Positions 19,674 to 29,752 of a DNA stretch of 64,000 bases are shown one piece after another (positions within the stretch are counted from its first letter, which is position 1; every line of letters begins with the position of its first letter). Origin of the DNA: Desulfobacterales bacterium. GTDB lineage: Bacteria > Desulfobacterota > Desulfobacteria > Desulfobacterales > UBA5852. The translations under genes and the position numbers were made by a program. The notes under the pieces are model-generated. The model ran no database searches, was not told where the DNA came from, and saw nothing but the letters and a program-made list of their open reading frames with translations. Where the stretch lies: positions 1,600,001 to 1,664,000 of the forward strand of contig CAXXVS010000003.1 of assembly GCA_963674755.2 (NCBI GenBank). Direction: 5' to 3'.

Positions 19674-19904
19674 ATGAACGACCCGAGACTCGTGGAGAAA
19701 CTGGCGACAAAAGGGATCAAGAAATACATCGCCTACGAAGTGCCGGAGGACAAGGTCAAGGCGACATGCGGAAAGCACTACCAGGTGGTCATGGGCGATC
19801 TCAAGCCGTCCGACGACCTGCGGGTCCTGGACTATGACGGTCACCACGTGTTCTACAACTTTTCCATTAACGAACTCGGGGAACCGATTCGCCATGAAGC
19901 GTGA
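19674..19904 (+). CDS. Conserved small hypothetical protein, possibly 5'-truncated
   Basis: Protein-like sequence DPRLVEKLATKGIKKYIAYEV...DDLRVLDYDGHHVFYNFS with strong coding-type codon usage. No RBS; starts 10 bp after the phosphatase stop. Confidence 0.55.
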   Translation: MNDPRLVEKLATKGIKKYIAYEVPEDKVKATCGKHYQVVMGDLKPSDDLRVLDYDGHHVFYNFSINELGEPIRHEA

Positions 19905-20006
19905 TCCGAACGTTTGATCCGTCCGGCTCGCGGATAATCAGGCTGGGCAGGTGGAAAGCCGTCAAGGAAATCTGTTCGTGACAGAGCCCCTTTCTTGGCG
20001 GTCCGG

Positions 20007-20035
20007 TTGACAAATCCCCGTGAATCCACTTTAAT
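20007..20035 (+). promoter_or_regulatory. Sigma70-type promoter
   Basis: TTGACA-17 bp-TTTAAT. Confidence 0.6.
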
Positions 20036-20223
20036 CGGCCGGCACACGGCATGATACCCAACCACCGGGTCAACAAGCTTCAGACCTTAAGTGACGTACT
20101 CTTCACCAGACGTGCGTCACTGTCCGATACCAGCAGCGTGCGCCATATTCCGCAACAGCGCGACAGGCGGCTATCCCTGCAACCGGCCCGCCGCACTGGG
20201 AACCATTCGCAAAGCCGTTTACA

Positions 20224-20253
20224 GGACGGCAGCATGATGCGTTGCCGTCTTTT
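20224..20253 (+). terminator. Intrinsic terminator-like hairpin in the leader of the acyl-CoA synthetase gene
   Basis: GGACGGCAGC-ATGATGC-GTTGCCGTCT followed by TTT (arms share a base at the stem top). Confidence 0.5.
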
Positions 20254-20376
20254 CCCATTCGATCGAACCGTCTTGACCCAATAGATTTCTTCGGCCCTTC
20301 ATGCGATGGCGACGAAGCCGACCCCAAATGAGGCCGGGGAATTGAATCCATAGCACGCCACCAGCCGGGAGGGATT

Positions 20377-22152
20377 ATGACCAAGACCACGATCATGGAC
20401 GTCATGGGCGAAACGGTTGCCAAGCACGGTCCCAATATCGCGCTCAAAGTGAAGCGCAACGGCGCGTGGGAGTCAACGACCTGGCGGGAGTACTACCATC
20501 AGGTGAAAACCACCGCCCGGGCCTTCATGGCGCTCGGCCTTGAATCCGGCAAGGCCGTCAATATTCTGGGCAACAATTGCCCCCAGTGGTTCATCAGCAA
20601 CCTGGCGGCCATTTTTGCCGGCGCCGTACCGGGCGGGATCTATACCACCAGCAGCCCCGAGCAGTGCCGGTTCATTGCCGGCCACAGTGAAGCCAATATC
20701 GTGGTGGTGGAAGATGCCGGCCAGCTGGCCAAATTCAAGTCCATCTGGCATGACTTGCCCCAGCTGAAAGCCGTTGTCCTGATGACGGGCACCGATGACG
20801 ACGAGCGGGTCTATGCCTGGGAGGACCTTCCCCCCCTGGCCGGCAAAGTTCCCGAAACCGATCTGGATGACCGTATGGAAGGCCAGGCGCCGGACGATTG
20901 CTGCACGCTGATCTATACGTCGGGGACCACGGGCGACCCCAAGGGAGTCATGATCACCCATGACAATGTCACCTGGACGGCCCGCCAGGCGGTCGCCGTG
21001 ACCGGGGCGCGGCCCAACGACGAGATCATCAGCTACCTTCCTTTAAGCCACATCGCCGAGCAGGTGGTCAGCCTGTTGGTGCCGCTGAGTGTCGGCAGCA
21101 CGACCTGGTTTGCCGAAAGCATGGACAAGCTGGGCGACAATCTGCGGGAAGTGCGTCCCACCCTGTTCGTGGGCGTTCCCCGGGTGTGGGAGAAAATCCA
21201 GGCCAAGATGGTGGAGGCCGGCGCCCGGAATTCAGGATTGAAAAAGAAGATTGCCGCCTGGGCCCGGGCCAAGGGCCTGGCCAACGGATATGCCCGCCAG
21301 GAGGGGAAGCCCGCACCGGCCTTATTCGGCCTGGCCCATACGCTGGTGTTCGCCAAGGTGCGCGAGCGGCTGGGATTCGATCGCTGCCGTTTGTTCATCT
21401 CCACGGCGGCCCCCATTTCCTTGGATACCCTGGAGTTTTTCATGAGCCTGGACATCCCGGTGACCGAGGTCTACGGCATGAGTGAGTGTACGGGGCCGGC
21501 CACCGTGTCCCTGCCTGAGCCCCACCAATACCGTACCGGATGGGCGGGCCCCCCCTTGCCAGGGACGGAAATCGCAGTGAGCGCGTCCGGCGGAGTGCTC
21601 ATGCGCGGCCGTCACGTGTTCAAGGGGTATTTCAAGAATGAGGCGGCCACCCGCGAAACCCTCGATGCCGAAGGCTGGCTGCATTCCGGGGACGTGGGCA
21701 CAATCGACGACAAGGGGTTTTTAAAGATCACCGACCGCATGAAGGAGTTGATCGTCACGGCGGGGGGTGAGAACGTGCCCCCCCAGGTTCTGGAGGGCAA
21801 GTACAAGAGCATCCCGGTCCTCAACCAGGTGGTGGTGATCGGCGACCGGCGCAAACACATGGCGGCGCTCTTCACCCTGGATCCCGTCAAGGTCGAGGCC
21901 GTCGCCGCCGCAGCCGGCAGCACGGCTGTCACAACCGCCGAAGCCGCCGCCTGCCCGCACTTCCAGGCCTATCTCCAGGGGGAAGTGGAGCGCATCAACG
22001 CCACCCTGCCGCGCGCCTGGGGCGTCAAAAAATTTGTGGTCCTGCCGGAGGAATTGTCCATTGAAGGCGGCGAACTGACCCCCACCATGAAGCTCAAGCG
22101 GCGCGTGGTCTACCGCAAGTATGCCCAAGAGATTGAACGCCTGTACGCTTAA
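20377..22152 (+). CDS. Long-chain fatty-acid--CoA ligase (ACSBG/FadD15-like AMP-binding enzyme)
   Basis: LIYTSGTTGDPKGVM, SYLPLSHIAEQ, VYGMSEC, GWLHSGDVG, ELTPTMKLKR; GGGAGG RBS. Confidence 0.93.
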   Translation: MTKTTIMDVMGETVAKHGPNIALKVKRNGAWESTTWREYYHQVKTTARAFMALGLESGKAVNILGNNCPQWFISNLAAIFAGAVPGGIYTTSSPEQCRFIAGHSEANIVVVEDAGQLAKFKSIWHDLPQLKAVVLMTGTDDDERVYAWEDLPPLAGKVPETDLDDRMEGQAPDDCCTLIYTSGTTGDPKGVMITHDNVTWTARQAVAVTGARPNDEIISYLPLSHIAEQVVSLLVPLSVGSTTWFAESMDKLGDNLREVRPTLFVGVPRVWEKIQAKMVEAGARNSGLKKKIAAWARAKGLANGYARQEGKPAPALFGLAHTLVFAKVRERLGFDRCRLFISTAAPISLDTLEFFMSLDIPVTEVYGMSECTGPATVSLPEPHQYRTGWAGPPLPGTEIAVSASGGVLMRGRHVFKGYFKNEAATRETLDAEGWLHSGDVGTIDDKGFLKITDRMKELIVTAGGENVPPQVLEGKYKSIPVLNQVVVIGDRRKHMAALFTLDPVKVEAVAAAAGSTAVTTAEAAACPHFQAYLQGEVERINATLPRAWGVKKFVVLPEELSIEGGELTPTMKLKRRVVYRKYAQEIERLYA

Positions 22153-22375
22153 ACCAATCTTGTTGCCTCTCCGGTGTAAGGGGCGAGGGCTGCTCACGTG
22201 CGGGATCGAAGAGCGGTCCTGATGGCGGTCGTCTGTTTTATGGCTGTCAATGAAATGGGGGCTTCCGGAGAGCGGGCCCGCGCTCACATCACCGTTTAGG
22301 GGATAAGCCGGCAGGTGAGATCCGCCGGCAAGGCCATGAGATCATGGTCGTGCCGGCGGTTTCAGGCTGGAGGGC

Positions 22376-22744
22376 CTAACGGGAGCCGCTGATACCGAAG
22401 GAAAAGGAAAAAAAGGGATCCGATACGGAACCGGCCGCCTGATACTGGTCGCCGCGGTCGTCATACGCATCGCTGTCGTAATGGTGGTAGACATGTTGTT
22501 CGACCATTCGATGCGTCGGCCGGGGGCAGTCGCTACGATGCCACGGACCGCGATGCCATCGATCCCCTCGGTGCCTCGGTCCATGGCGCCAAACCGGGGC
22601 TTTTCGGAAATCACGGCCATGGTGCATGTGTCGCTGGTCGACATAGTGACCGGGACGATGATCGCGGCTGGCCCAGGCACTTCCTGAGAAGACGAGTACA
22701 AATCCGATCAGCGCCAGACTGATGAATGCCATTTTTTGTTTCAT
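22376..22744 (-). CDS. Small secreted His/Arg-rich hypothetical protein
   Basis: AAGGAGG RBS; signal peptide MKQKMAFISLALIGFVLVFSGSAWA; C-terminal FSFSFGISG strand. Confidence 0.7.
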   Translation of the reverse strand: MKQKMAFISLALIGFVLVFSGSAWASRDHRPGHYVDQRHMHHGRDFRKAPVWRHGPRHRGDRWHRGPWHRSDCPRPTHRMVEQHVYHHYDSDAYDDRGDQYQAAGSVSDPFFSFSFGISGSR

Positions 22745-22897
22745 GACGTCCTCCTTGAAATTGTCGTCGGTGATCCTGTGGCCCGTGTTTGCATCCTATG
22801 ACGACCGGGATCAGGAAAAAGTTGACATGGTCGGTAATCCTGCGCCGAACTTGTCTAATGCCTAAGATTATCAAGGAGTTTTACGGATATGCGGGCC

Positions 22898-25546
22898 TTA
22901 ATGGCCTTTTATCAAGGCTTTGAACCCTTCGGTGGGCCTTATGTTTTCCAGGTCCGGGTCGTTTTTGATGGCGCTCCAGTTGTCGTAGCCGTTTTGAATG
23001 GCGCGCTGGAGCCATTCCAGGGCCGCGGCCGGGTCGCCCATTTTGGCATACATGCAGGCGATATTGTAGCAGGTCCCGGGTTCGGACGGCATCATGGCCA
23101 GGATTTCCTTGAAGCGCTCTATGGCGGCCTGGTAGTCCCCCTTGCGGGCATGGGCAAGGGCCTGTTGATGCAAATCGCTGGGGGAAACAGGTCCGGGTGC
23201 TTGTCCGGCCGACTGAAGAATTTCCATCCCCTGGAGGGCGCCCGGATGGGCCGGGTTGAGTCGAAGGGCCTGCTCGAATTGCTGGCGGGCGTCTTCGGCA
23301 TCGCCCATCCGCAGAAGGGCGATGCCCAGATTGACGTGCGCGTCTTCAAACTTCGGATCCAACCGGATCGCCTCCTGATAATTGGCGATGGCGGATTCAA
23401 ATTGTTTCTGCTCGGTAAGAATATTCCCGATGTTGTTATACGCACTGGCATAGGTCGGGTCCAGGGCGAGGGCTTCCCGGTTTTGGGCAAGGGCTTCAGC
23501 CGTATCCCCCCGTGCGGCGAGAAGGAGCCCCAGATTGGTATGGGCCTCGATCAGACCGGGATCCAGGCGGAGCGCCTCACGATAATGCCGTTCGGCCTTG
23601 TCCTTGTCATCGAGGGTCATATACACGTTGGCCATGTTGAAGTGGGCCGCGGCCGTGTCCGGATCGGCGGCGATTGCCCGCCGGTAGTACTCCAGCGCTT
23701 GATGGGGATGGCCCTGATCCTGCAGGAGCTTGCCGATATCCACTAAAAGTTCGGCATTGGCCGGATCCTGCGCCAGGGCCTGCTCGAAATACATGCGGGC
23801 CTGGTCGAATTCTTTCTTGTCCGCATAAATTTTGCCGATGCTGCTGAGGACCAGGGGCTGCTCCGGCGATAGATCGAGCGCTTGGCGGTAGGCTTCCAGG
23901 GCCTGATCGGTTTTCCCTTGGGCGACGTCGATATCGCCGATGCGGGCGTAGACGTCGGCAAAATTGGGATCCAGGTGGCGCGCCTGCTCAAGATAGGCGC
24001 GCGCTTCGTCGTATTTTTCCTGAGCCAGGAGGACGACGGCAAGATTATAGTATGCCTTGACGTAGGCGGGCTGCAGCGCAATCGCCTTGCGGTAGGGTGC
24101 CTCCGCTTCCGCATAGTCCCCCCGGCGTGCATCGATATTGCCGATGTTGTTATATACTTCTCCATATTCAGGGTCTATCTCAAGGGCCATGCGATATTGC
24201 GCCATGGCCTTTTCGTACGCCCCGCTTGCCGCGAAGGCCGCTCCCAGACTGAATCGGGGGCGTGCTTTGTGGGGCGACTTGTCGACGCAATCCTGCCAGA
24301 AGGTGATCCCGTCCTGCCAGACCTTGTTGCGCTGGTAGGTCCAGAAAGAGAACAAAAGGGCCGGCAAGAGAAGTACACCAACGGCGAGTTTCTTTTGCCG
24401 GATATGGGTAAAGGTCCACACCACCGGCATGAGGGGAACGAGCATGGTCGGGAGGTAGGTCCGGTGTTCGAAGATGATGTCCAGGGGGATGACCGACGAT
24501 TCGATGAGGAGGTTTCCCAAATACCAGAAAATCGAAAAGGACAACAGACGGTGTTTGCGGGCGCCCCAGCAGGCGATGACGAGGGCTGTGCCGATCAGTA
24601 TCAAGGCGATCAACGTGGTCGGCGGGCTAACCAACGAGGTTGAAAGCGGATAGTCGTAATCGATATTGAGCCGGTCAGGCCTGGGGAACAGGAACAGGCT
24701 CAGGTAATAAACGATCACCCTGGGCTGGGTCAGGATTCGCTGTCCATAGGTGAAGCGATCCCTGCTGAAGGCATACAAGTTGGTGAGTCTGTCCAGCGGA
24801 TTTTGGCCGAGCAACAAGAGGGCGACCGCCAGCAGGATGGCAAAGACGCCGGCGATGATCCATAGCCGCCGGCGTAACCATTGCGGGTCCGAGGCCTGGA
24901 AGAAATACCACTCATAAAGCAGAATAAAAAGGGGCAGGATGGCGGCATTTTGTTTGCAGCCGAGCGACAGGATCCAGGCCAGAAGAGCGCCGAGGTGCCA
25001 CGGCCAGCTTTGGCGCAAGCGGCCCCCCGAGCGCCGGCCTTGAATGTAGAGGCAGAAGGCCAGCAGGTAGAAAAAAGCCGCCATGCTGTTGGCCCGCTGG
25101 ACGATATAGGTCACGGATTGCGTGTGAAGCGGGTTGGTAAACCAGAGCATGGCGGTTAAAAATGCAATGGCGGCGCGTTGGGTGGAATCGCCTTTCAGGC
25201 CGGACAATTGGAGCGTCCAAAGCAGAAAAACAAACAACAGGATGCCGTTGGCAATGTGAATGGCGATGTTGACGACATGATAGCCGGTGGTATCGTCGCC
25301 ATCGAACAGGTAATTTATCGCGAAGGTGATGTTCGCCAGCGGCCGGCTCTTCGATCCCGGGGGCCGGAACGCGGCGTTTCGGAGGCCATCGAGTGACAGA
25401 TGATCGAGACGGAGTTGAGGGTTTTCAAGGATTCGGGGCCTGCTGTCAAACAGAAACGGCGACTCAAGGGTGTTGGAATAGAGGATGGCGCCGGCGGCCG
25501 AAAAGGCCAAGGCGGCCAAGATGGTGATGATGAGCACACGCTTCAT
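22898..25546 (-). CDS. TMTC-like GT-C membrane glycosyltransferase with long C-terminal TPR array
   Basis: Multi-TM N-half with YSNTLESPFLFDS..I.EN, SRPL, GYHVVNIAIH, PLHTQSVTYIVQR, KQNA, FEHRTYLP, RNKVWQD; followed by many TPR repeats. Start taken at MKRVLII. Confidence 0.8.
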   Translation of the reverse strand: MKRVLIITILAALAFSAAGAILYSNTLESPFLFDSRPRILENPQLRLDHLSLDGLRNAAFRPPGSKSRPLANITFAINYLFDGDDTTGYHVVNIAIHIANGILLFVFLLWTLQLSGLKGDSTQRAAIAFLTAMLWFTNPLHTQSVTYIVQRANSMAAFFYLLAFCLYIQGRRSGGRLRQSWPWHLGALLAWILSLGCKQNAAILPLFILLYEWYFFQASDPQWLRRRLWIIAGVFAILLAVALLLLGQNPLDRLTNLYAFSRDRFTYGQRILTQPRVIVYYLSLFLFPRPDRLNIDYDYPLSTSLVSPPTTLIALILIGTALVIACWGARKHRLLSFSIFWYLGNLLIESSVIPLDIIFEHRTYLPTMLVPLMPVVWTFTHIRQKKLAVGVLLLPALLFSFWTYQRNKVWQDGITFWQDCVDKSPHKARPRFSLGAAFAASGAYEKAMAQYRMALEIDPEYGEVYNNIGNIDARRGDYAEAEAPYRKAIALQPAYVKAYYNLAVVLLAQEKYDEARAYLEQARHLDPNFADVYARIGDIDVAQGKTDQALEAYRQALDLSPEQPLVLSSIGKIYADKKEFDQARMYFEQALAQDPANAELLVDIGKLLQDQGHPHQALEYYRRAIAADPDTAAAHFNMANVYMTLDDKDKAERHYREALRLDPGLIEAHTNLGLLLAARGDTAEALAQNREALALDPTYASAYNNIGNILTEQKQFESAIANYQEAIRLDPKFEDAHVNLGIALLRMGDAEDARQQFEQALRLNPAHPGALQGMEILQSAGQAPGPVSPSDLHQQALAHARKGDYQAAIERFKEILAMMPSEPGTCYNIACMYAKMGDPAAALEWLQRAIQNGYDNWSAIKNDPDLENIRPTEGFKALIKGH

Positions 25547-25592
25547 AAACGTTCGATTCCTCTTCACAGGCGTCCCGACGGTGGGGTCCCCC

Positions 25593-26543
25593 TCAGCCGC
25601 GGTCCAAAAAGGCGACGATACCGCCGATCGCCGCGACAATGAGCATCTGGGTGAGAAACAAGAGGCCTAACAGCACCCCCTTTTCAGCCGGCAGTGCAGC
25701 CAGGCTGAAGAGAAACGCGTAGGCCGACTCCCGCAGCCCGATGCCGTTCAATGTAACCGGTATCATCTGAAGGAGCAAAACGATCGACGCCATCCAGCCG
25801 AGTTGCAGAAAACCGAGCGGGGTGCCGATGGCCGTGGCGAGCAGATAGACCCGCAAGAGATAGACAAAATGCCAGAGCAGGGCGATCGCCAGACACGCTC
25901 CCAAAACCGATAGGCGGTTGAGATAGAAGTCAACAAAGTGGTCCGGCCGGGCAATCCGTCCCGCAAAGGGCAAGGCGTCCAATTTGGGGATGCGGCCGAT
26001 CAGCGCGTTGAAGGCCGTGTTTACCAGCGGCGCAAAGAGATAGATCAGGATCACGCCCGTGGCGGCCAGGCCGCCAAGGGCAAGCGGCATCATCAGGGGG
26101 CGGAGGCGCTCCGTCCCGGGCGAGGCGAGTGTCAGTTGGAGCAGCAAAACGACGAGGCAAAGAACGAAAAGGAAGCTGGCCCGTTCCAGAACCATAACGG
26201 TGATGAATCGGCCGCGGTCGTTTTGGGCTTTGGTTGTCGCCACCCAGCGCACAAGCCCCTGCCCGACGGCGGGGGTCAAGAAAAACGCATAGAACCGGCA
26301 GAGCAGATTGATGCGGAACAAGGCCGCCAGGCTCCGCTGGATTCCGGAAGGCACCAACAGCAGCCGGAACTTGCCGGCCAGCACAAGACTGTTGAGTAAA
26401 AGTAAAATGAAGGACGCCCCGTAATAGTATATATTGGTTGCGGCCAGCACCGACAGCATGGCCCGCAGGTCCACCTTGTGAAGGACCGCGGCGATAAAAA
26501 CGGCCGATATGGCAACTTTAATAATCGTTTTGTAGCGCGCCAA
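25593..26543 (-). CDS. Lysylphosphatidylglycerol-synthase-TM / UPF0104 flippase-like membrane protein
   Basis: Highly hydrophobic; FLTPAVGQGLVR, VMVLER, IPVTLNGIGLRE motifs. Confidence 0.8.
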   Translation of the reverse strand: MARYKTIIKVAISAVFIAAVLHKVDLRAMLSVLAATNIYYYGASFILLLLNSLVLAGKFRLLLVPSGIQRSLAALFRINLLCRFYAFFLTPAVGQGLVRWVATTKAQNDRGRFITVMVLERASFLFVLCLVVLLLQLTLASPGTERLRPLMMPLALGGLAATGVILIYLFAPLVNTAFNALIGRIPKLDALPFAGRIARPDHFVDFYLNRLSVLGACLAIALLWHFVYLLRVYLLATAIGTPLGFLQLGWMASIVLLLQMIPVTLNGIGLRESAYAFLFSLAALPAEKGVLLGLLFLTQMLIVAAIGGIVAFLDRG

Positions 26544-26576
26544 GATTCCGTCACCTAGTACGTTATCATGTTGCGG

Positions 26577-27542
26577 TCACCCAGGGTAGGCAATGTCGTA
26601 GCCCAATCGCCCCAGCATCGGGTCCAACACGCTTCGTACCATATTAAGTTGATCGGGGGTGAATTCCCGCTGCCACTTGTTGAAATTGTTCTTGTTCATT
26701 TCAGGGAGGCCATCAAGAAACGAACCGGAGGCGTCAAGCCCTGTGAAGGCAATGATCTCGGAAACAATGCGGCGCCCGTCACGGAGCATGTCTTCGTAGC
26801 GAACGTCTAACCGTCGGGAGGGGGGAATACTGTCCCAGGCATCGCGGACCGCTTCAACGCATTTCAGCCACTGGAGCGCATTGAAGCGCAGCAGGCGGTT
26901 GTCGTCATACTGCCTCTCCCAGCCCCGGAAACGCGGCCCCCAGCCTACCGCGCCCTGCCAGCGCTTGCGGTTGAGATGTTTTCTCTTGTCGACGAGATGG
27001 CCGTGGGTCTCGAACCACAGGGATCTGAGCCGATCCTGCCATAGCGGTTGACGTCCCAGCCAGTCTTGTAAGACACCGAAGGCCCGGCCATAATTGAAGC
27101 GGCGATGGCGTGCCGGGTCGTTTACGATTTGCCGCCGTCGCTGCCATTCCCTATGGATGGAAAGGGTCGCATCGCGCCCATCCCGGATGAGATGGATAAA
27201 CCGTGCGTGTGGGAAAATGGCCTTTATGAAGGGGATCTTCAGGCTGTTGCGGGGTGATTTGTCAACGATCAGGGACGCACCGGAGCGGTCGCGGTAGCGC
27301 CTAAAGTCCCGGCGGATCTGGGCGACGACCGCCGGTCGGGCATCTTCTGCGGAGCGCTCGTCGTGCGGCCAATGCCTGAAATGGTGGTCCCAAATAAAGT
27401 ACGGTTCGTACCACTGGCAAATGCATTGGTGGCGGCCCAGCATTTCGCCCAGAATTGTCGTACCGGAGCGCGGCGAGCCGACGATGAAGACGACGGCCTT
27501 GTCAATCGGGGGGGGGCAGGCTTTGGTCATTACGGTGTTCAT
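26577..27542 (-). CDS. Sulfotransferase (PAPS-dependent)
   Basis: FIVGSPRSGTT (5'-PSB), DKSPRN, FIHLIRDGRDATLS (3'-PB), VRYEDM. Confidence 0.9.
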   Translation of the reverse strand: MNTVMTKACPPPIDKAVVFIVGSPRSGTTILGEMLGRHQCICQWYEPYFIWDHHFRHWPHDERSAEDARPAVVAQIRRDFRRYRDRSGASLIVDKSPRNSLKIPFIKAIFPHARFIHLIRDGRDATLSIHREWQRRRQIVNDPARHRRFNYGRAFGVLQDWLGRQPLWQDRLRSLWFETHGHLVDKRKHLNRKRWQGAVGWGPRFRGWERQYDDNRLLRFNALQWLKCVEAVRDAWDSIPPSRRLDVRYEDMLRDGRRIVSEIIAFTGLDASGSFLDGLPEMNKNNFNKWQREFTPDQLNMVRSVLDPMLGRLGYDIAYPG

Positions 27543-27558
27543 AACGGAGATTGGTATG

Positions 27559-28602
27559 TTATCGCCACCAGGCCTTCATGATGGCCCGGGTGAAATTGAG
27601 CGCGTATTTGAGATCCCGGCCCTTTTTACTTTTGCCGTACTTGCGGCGCATAATGGTAACGGGCTTTTCTCCGATCCGTATGCCGGTCCTTACCGCTTCA
27701 ATGATCAGTTCGCTGGTATGGTACTGGTCCTCGTGCAGATCGATGGATGGCATGATGCGCAGGTCGAAGGCCCGGTAGCCGCTCGAAGGATCCGTAATCT
27801 TTTTTCCCAGCAGCAGGCTGATGAGCCCGCCGAAGAGATAGACGCCCGTGATGCGGAGCAGGCTGTCCCTTTCCCGTTGCCCCAACACCCTCGATCCGAT
27901 GACAAACTCATAGTCCCCTGCCAGGATCGGGCGAACCAGAGCGGCCATATCCTCCGGCCGATGCTGGCAGTCCGCATCCATGGTGACGCATATGCGGGCG
28001 TTCGAATTTTTGAGGATGTCGTAGCCGAGGCGCAGGGAGGCCCCGCCGCCGCGGTTGATGGGATTGGAGACGGCCAGGCAGCCGTGTTCTTCCGCCACGC
28101 TACGGGTGGCGTCTTCGCTGCCGTCGTCCACCACCAGAATCCCGACGTCCATATCGTCAATGGCAGCCGGCATGGAGGCCAGCAAGTGCGTCAGGTTGTC
28201 GGCTTCATTATAGGCCGGGATAACGACCATGATCGGCTTGATGCGATCGCCGAGCTGGGCGGCCTTTTCGAGGGCGACCACCCCCATGCTGCGGACCAGG
28301 CGATCGAACTGGATCCGCAGGTTTTCAATGCGTGATTTGGAATAGAAGGTGAAAAACAGCAGGAAGATGTTGGATAGAATGAGCAGGGCCAGAAGCCGGC
28401 CGCGCTGCTGATCTTCGAGGGCCAGCATGTCCCGCAGAAAATTGATCGAGGCCGGATTGATGGTGATCGTGATGAGGAACAGGTTGAAAAGCGAGAAGAA
28501 AAGAAAATTGGCCCGCTTCCAGCGGGCGCCCCGGTAGACGAGGAAGGTGGTGATCAGGCCGACGATTCCCACGAGCAATCCGATGAGACGCAAGTTCGAC
28601 AT
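27559..28602 (-). CDS. DUF2304-like membrane domain fused to GT2 (DPM1-like polyprenyl-phosphate glycosyltransferase)
   Basis: Three N-terminal TM helices, then VVIPAYNE, VVDDGSEDAT, NRGGGASL, TMDADCQH, VIGSR, TDPSSGYRA. Confidence 0.85.
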   Translation of the reverse strand: MSNLRLIGLLVGIVGLITTFLVYRGARWKRANFLFFSLFNLFLITITINPASINFLRDMLALEDQQRGRLLALLILSNIFLLFFTFYSKSRIENLRIQFDRLVRSMGVVALEKAAQLGDRIKPIMVVIPAYNEADNLTHLLASMPAAIDDMDVGILVVDDGSEDATRSVAEEHGCLAVSNPINRGGGASLRLGYDILKNSNARICVTMDADCQHRPEDMAALVRPILAGDYEFVIGSRVLGQRERDSLLRITGVYLFGGLISLLLGKKITDPSSGYRAFDLRIMPSIDLHEDQYHTSELIIEAVRTGIRIGEKPVTIMRRKYGKSKKGRDLKYALNFTRAIMKAWWR

Positions 28603-28603
28603 G

Positions 28604-29752
28604 CTAGGCCCACTGTACCTTTCTGAAAATTTGCTCCCGGTTGATCTGGTCCCTGTGGGCCAGGGCAAATTCGATCATCGCGGCAAGCACCTCGTCGGTG
28701 AGATAGCTGGGTTCCAGGCCGAGGTCCAAAAGTCCGGTGTGGCGCGGGTTGTAGTAGTGCGCTTCAGCCTCTTTGCGGGGATTGTCCCGCTGTTCCACCT
28801 GGACCTGGAGGTCCATCCGGTTGCCGACTTTTTGCACCCGGGATGCCAGCTCGTTGACGCTGAAGGTTTCGGTGAACTGGTTCAGGATGCGCAGCTCGCC
28901 CCTGGCGGCCGGTGTTTCGATCGCCAGGCGAATGCAGTTCAGGGTGTCCTGGATGTTCAAATACCCCCGGGTCTGGCCGCCCTGGCCATAGACGGTCAGG
29001 GGGTAGCCGATGGCGGCCTGGACCACGAACCGGTTGAGCACGGTTCCGAAAATCTCGTCATAGTTGAAGAAGGGCAGCAGGCGCCTGTCCGGCCCCGTTT
29101 CCTCGGTGAAGATGCCGTAGACCGGCCCCTGCATGAGATCCGTGACCCGCATATCCCACATCCGTACGTAAAACCAGAGCAGGTCCGTGTCCATGATTTT
29201 GGTGGTGTGATAAAGGCTGCCGGCCTGGCGCGGGAAGAGGAATGTGTGGTCGCGGCCCTTGTGATGGACGTCGATCCAGCCTTCCTCGATGTCGATATTC
29301 GGCGTCCCGTATTCGCCCATCGTGCCGAGTTTCACAATGTGGGCTTCCGGACAGAATTCCCGCACCGCGAAGATCAGGTTGGCCGTGACGTTGAGATTGT
29401 TGTTGAGGGTCAGCATGGCGGCCGGGCGATCGAGCATGGAATAGGGGGCCGCCGGCTGCTCGGCATAATGCACCACGGCATCGGGTGTGAACGCGGTAAA
29501 CAGCGTTTCAACGAACGACCAATCGGTCAGGTCGCCGATAAACGGCCGGATCGTATGCCCTGAACACTGTTTCCAGAGCGCGACGCGTTCGTCGAGGTCG
29601 GGCACGGCATAGAGCGGCACGACATTTTGCTCCCGGCAGAGGGACCGGCGCAGGTAGTTGTCGGCCACCGCTATCGCATGGCCGCGTGCGGAGAGGTGCA
29701 TGGCCGTGGGCCATCCCAGATAGCCGTCGCCGCCCAATATCAAGACCCGCAT
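28604..29752 (-). CDS. sqdB: UDP-sulfoquinovose synthase (SqdB/Agl3/SQD1 family)
   Basis: GGDGYLGWPTAMHLS, HYAEQPAAPYSM, KLGTMGEYGTPNIDIEEG, GSLYHTTK, TDLMQGPVYG, YDEIFGTVLNRF, QTRGYL, NQFTE, NPRKEAEAHYY. Confidence 0.9.
   Translation of the reverse strand: MRVLILGGDGYLGWPTAMHLSARGHAIAVADNYLRRSLCREQNVVPLYAVPDLDERVALWKQCSGHTIRPFIGDLTDWSFVETLFTAFTPDAVVHYAEQPAAPYSMLDRPAAMLTLNNNLNVTANLIFAVREFCPEAHIVKLGTMGEYGTPNIDIEEGWIDVHHKGRDHTFLFPRQAGSLYHTTKIMDTDLLWFYVRMWDMRVTDLMQGPVYGIFTEETGPDRRLLPFFNYDEIFGTVLNRFVVQAAIGYPLTVYGQGGQTRGYLNIQDTLNCIRLAIETPAARGELRILNQFTETFSVNELASRVQKVGNRMDLQVQVEQRDNPRKEAEAHYYNPRHTGLLDLGLEPSYLTDEVLAAMIEFALAHRDQINREQIFRKVQWA

Noticed and set aside
28604..29752. Sulfolipid (SQDG) biosynthesis operon
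   Set aside because: No SqdX (GT4) or SqdC/SqdD neighbours in the window; it cannot be excluded genome-wide.
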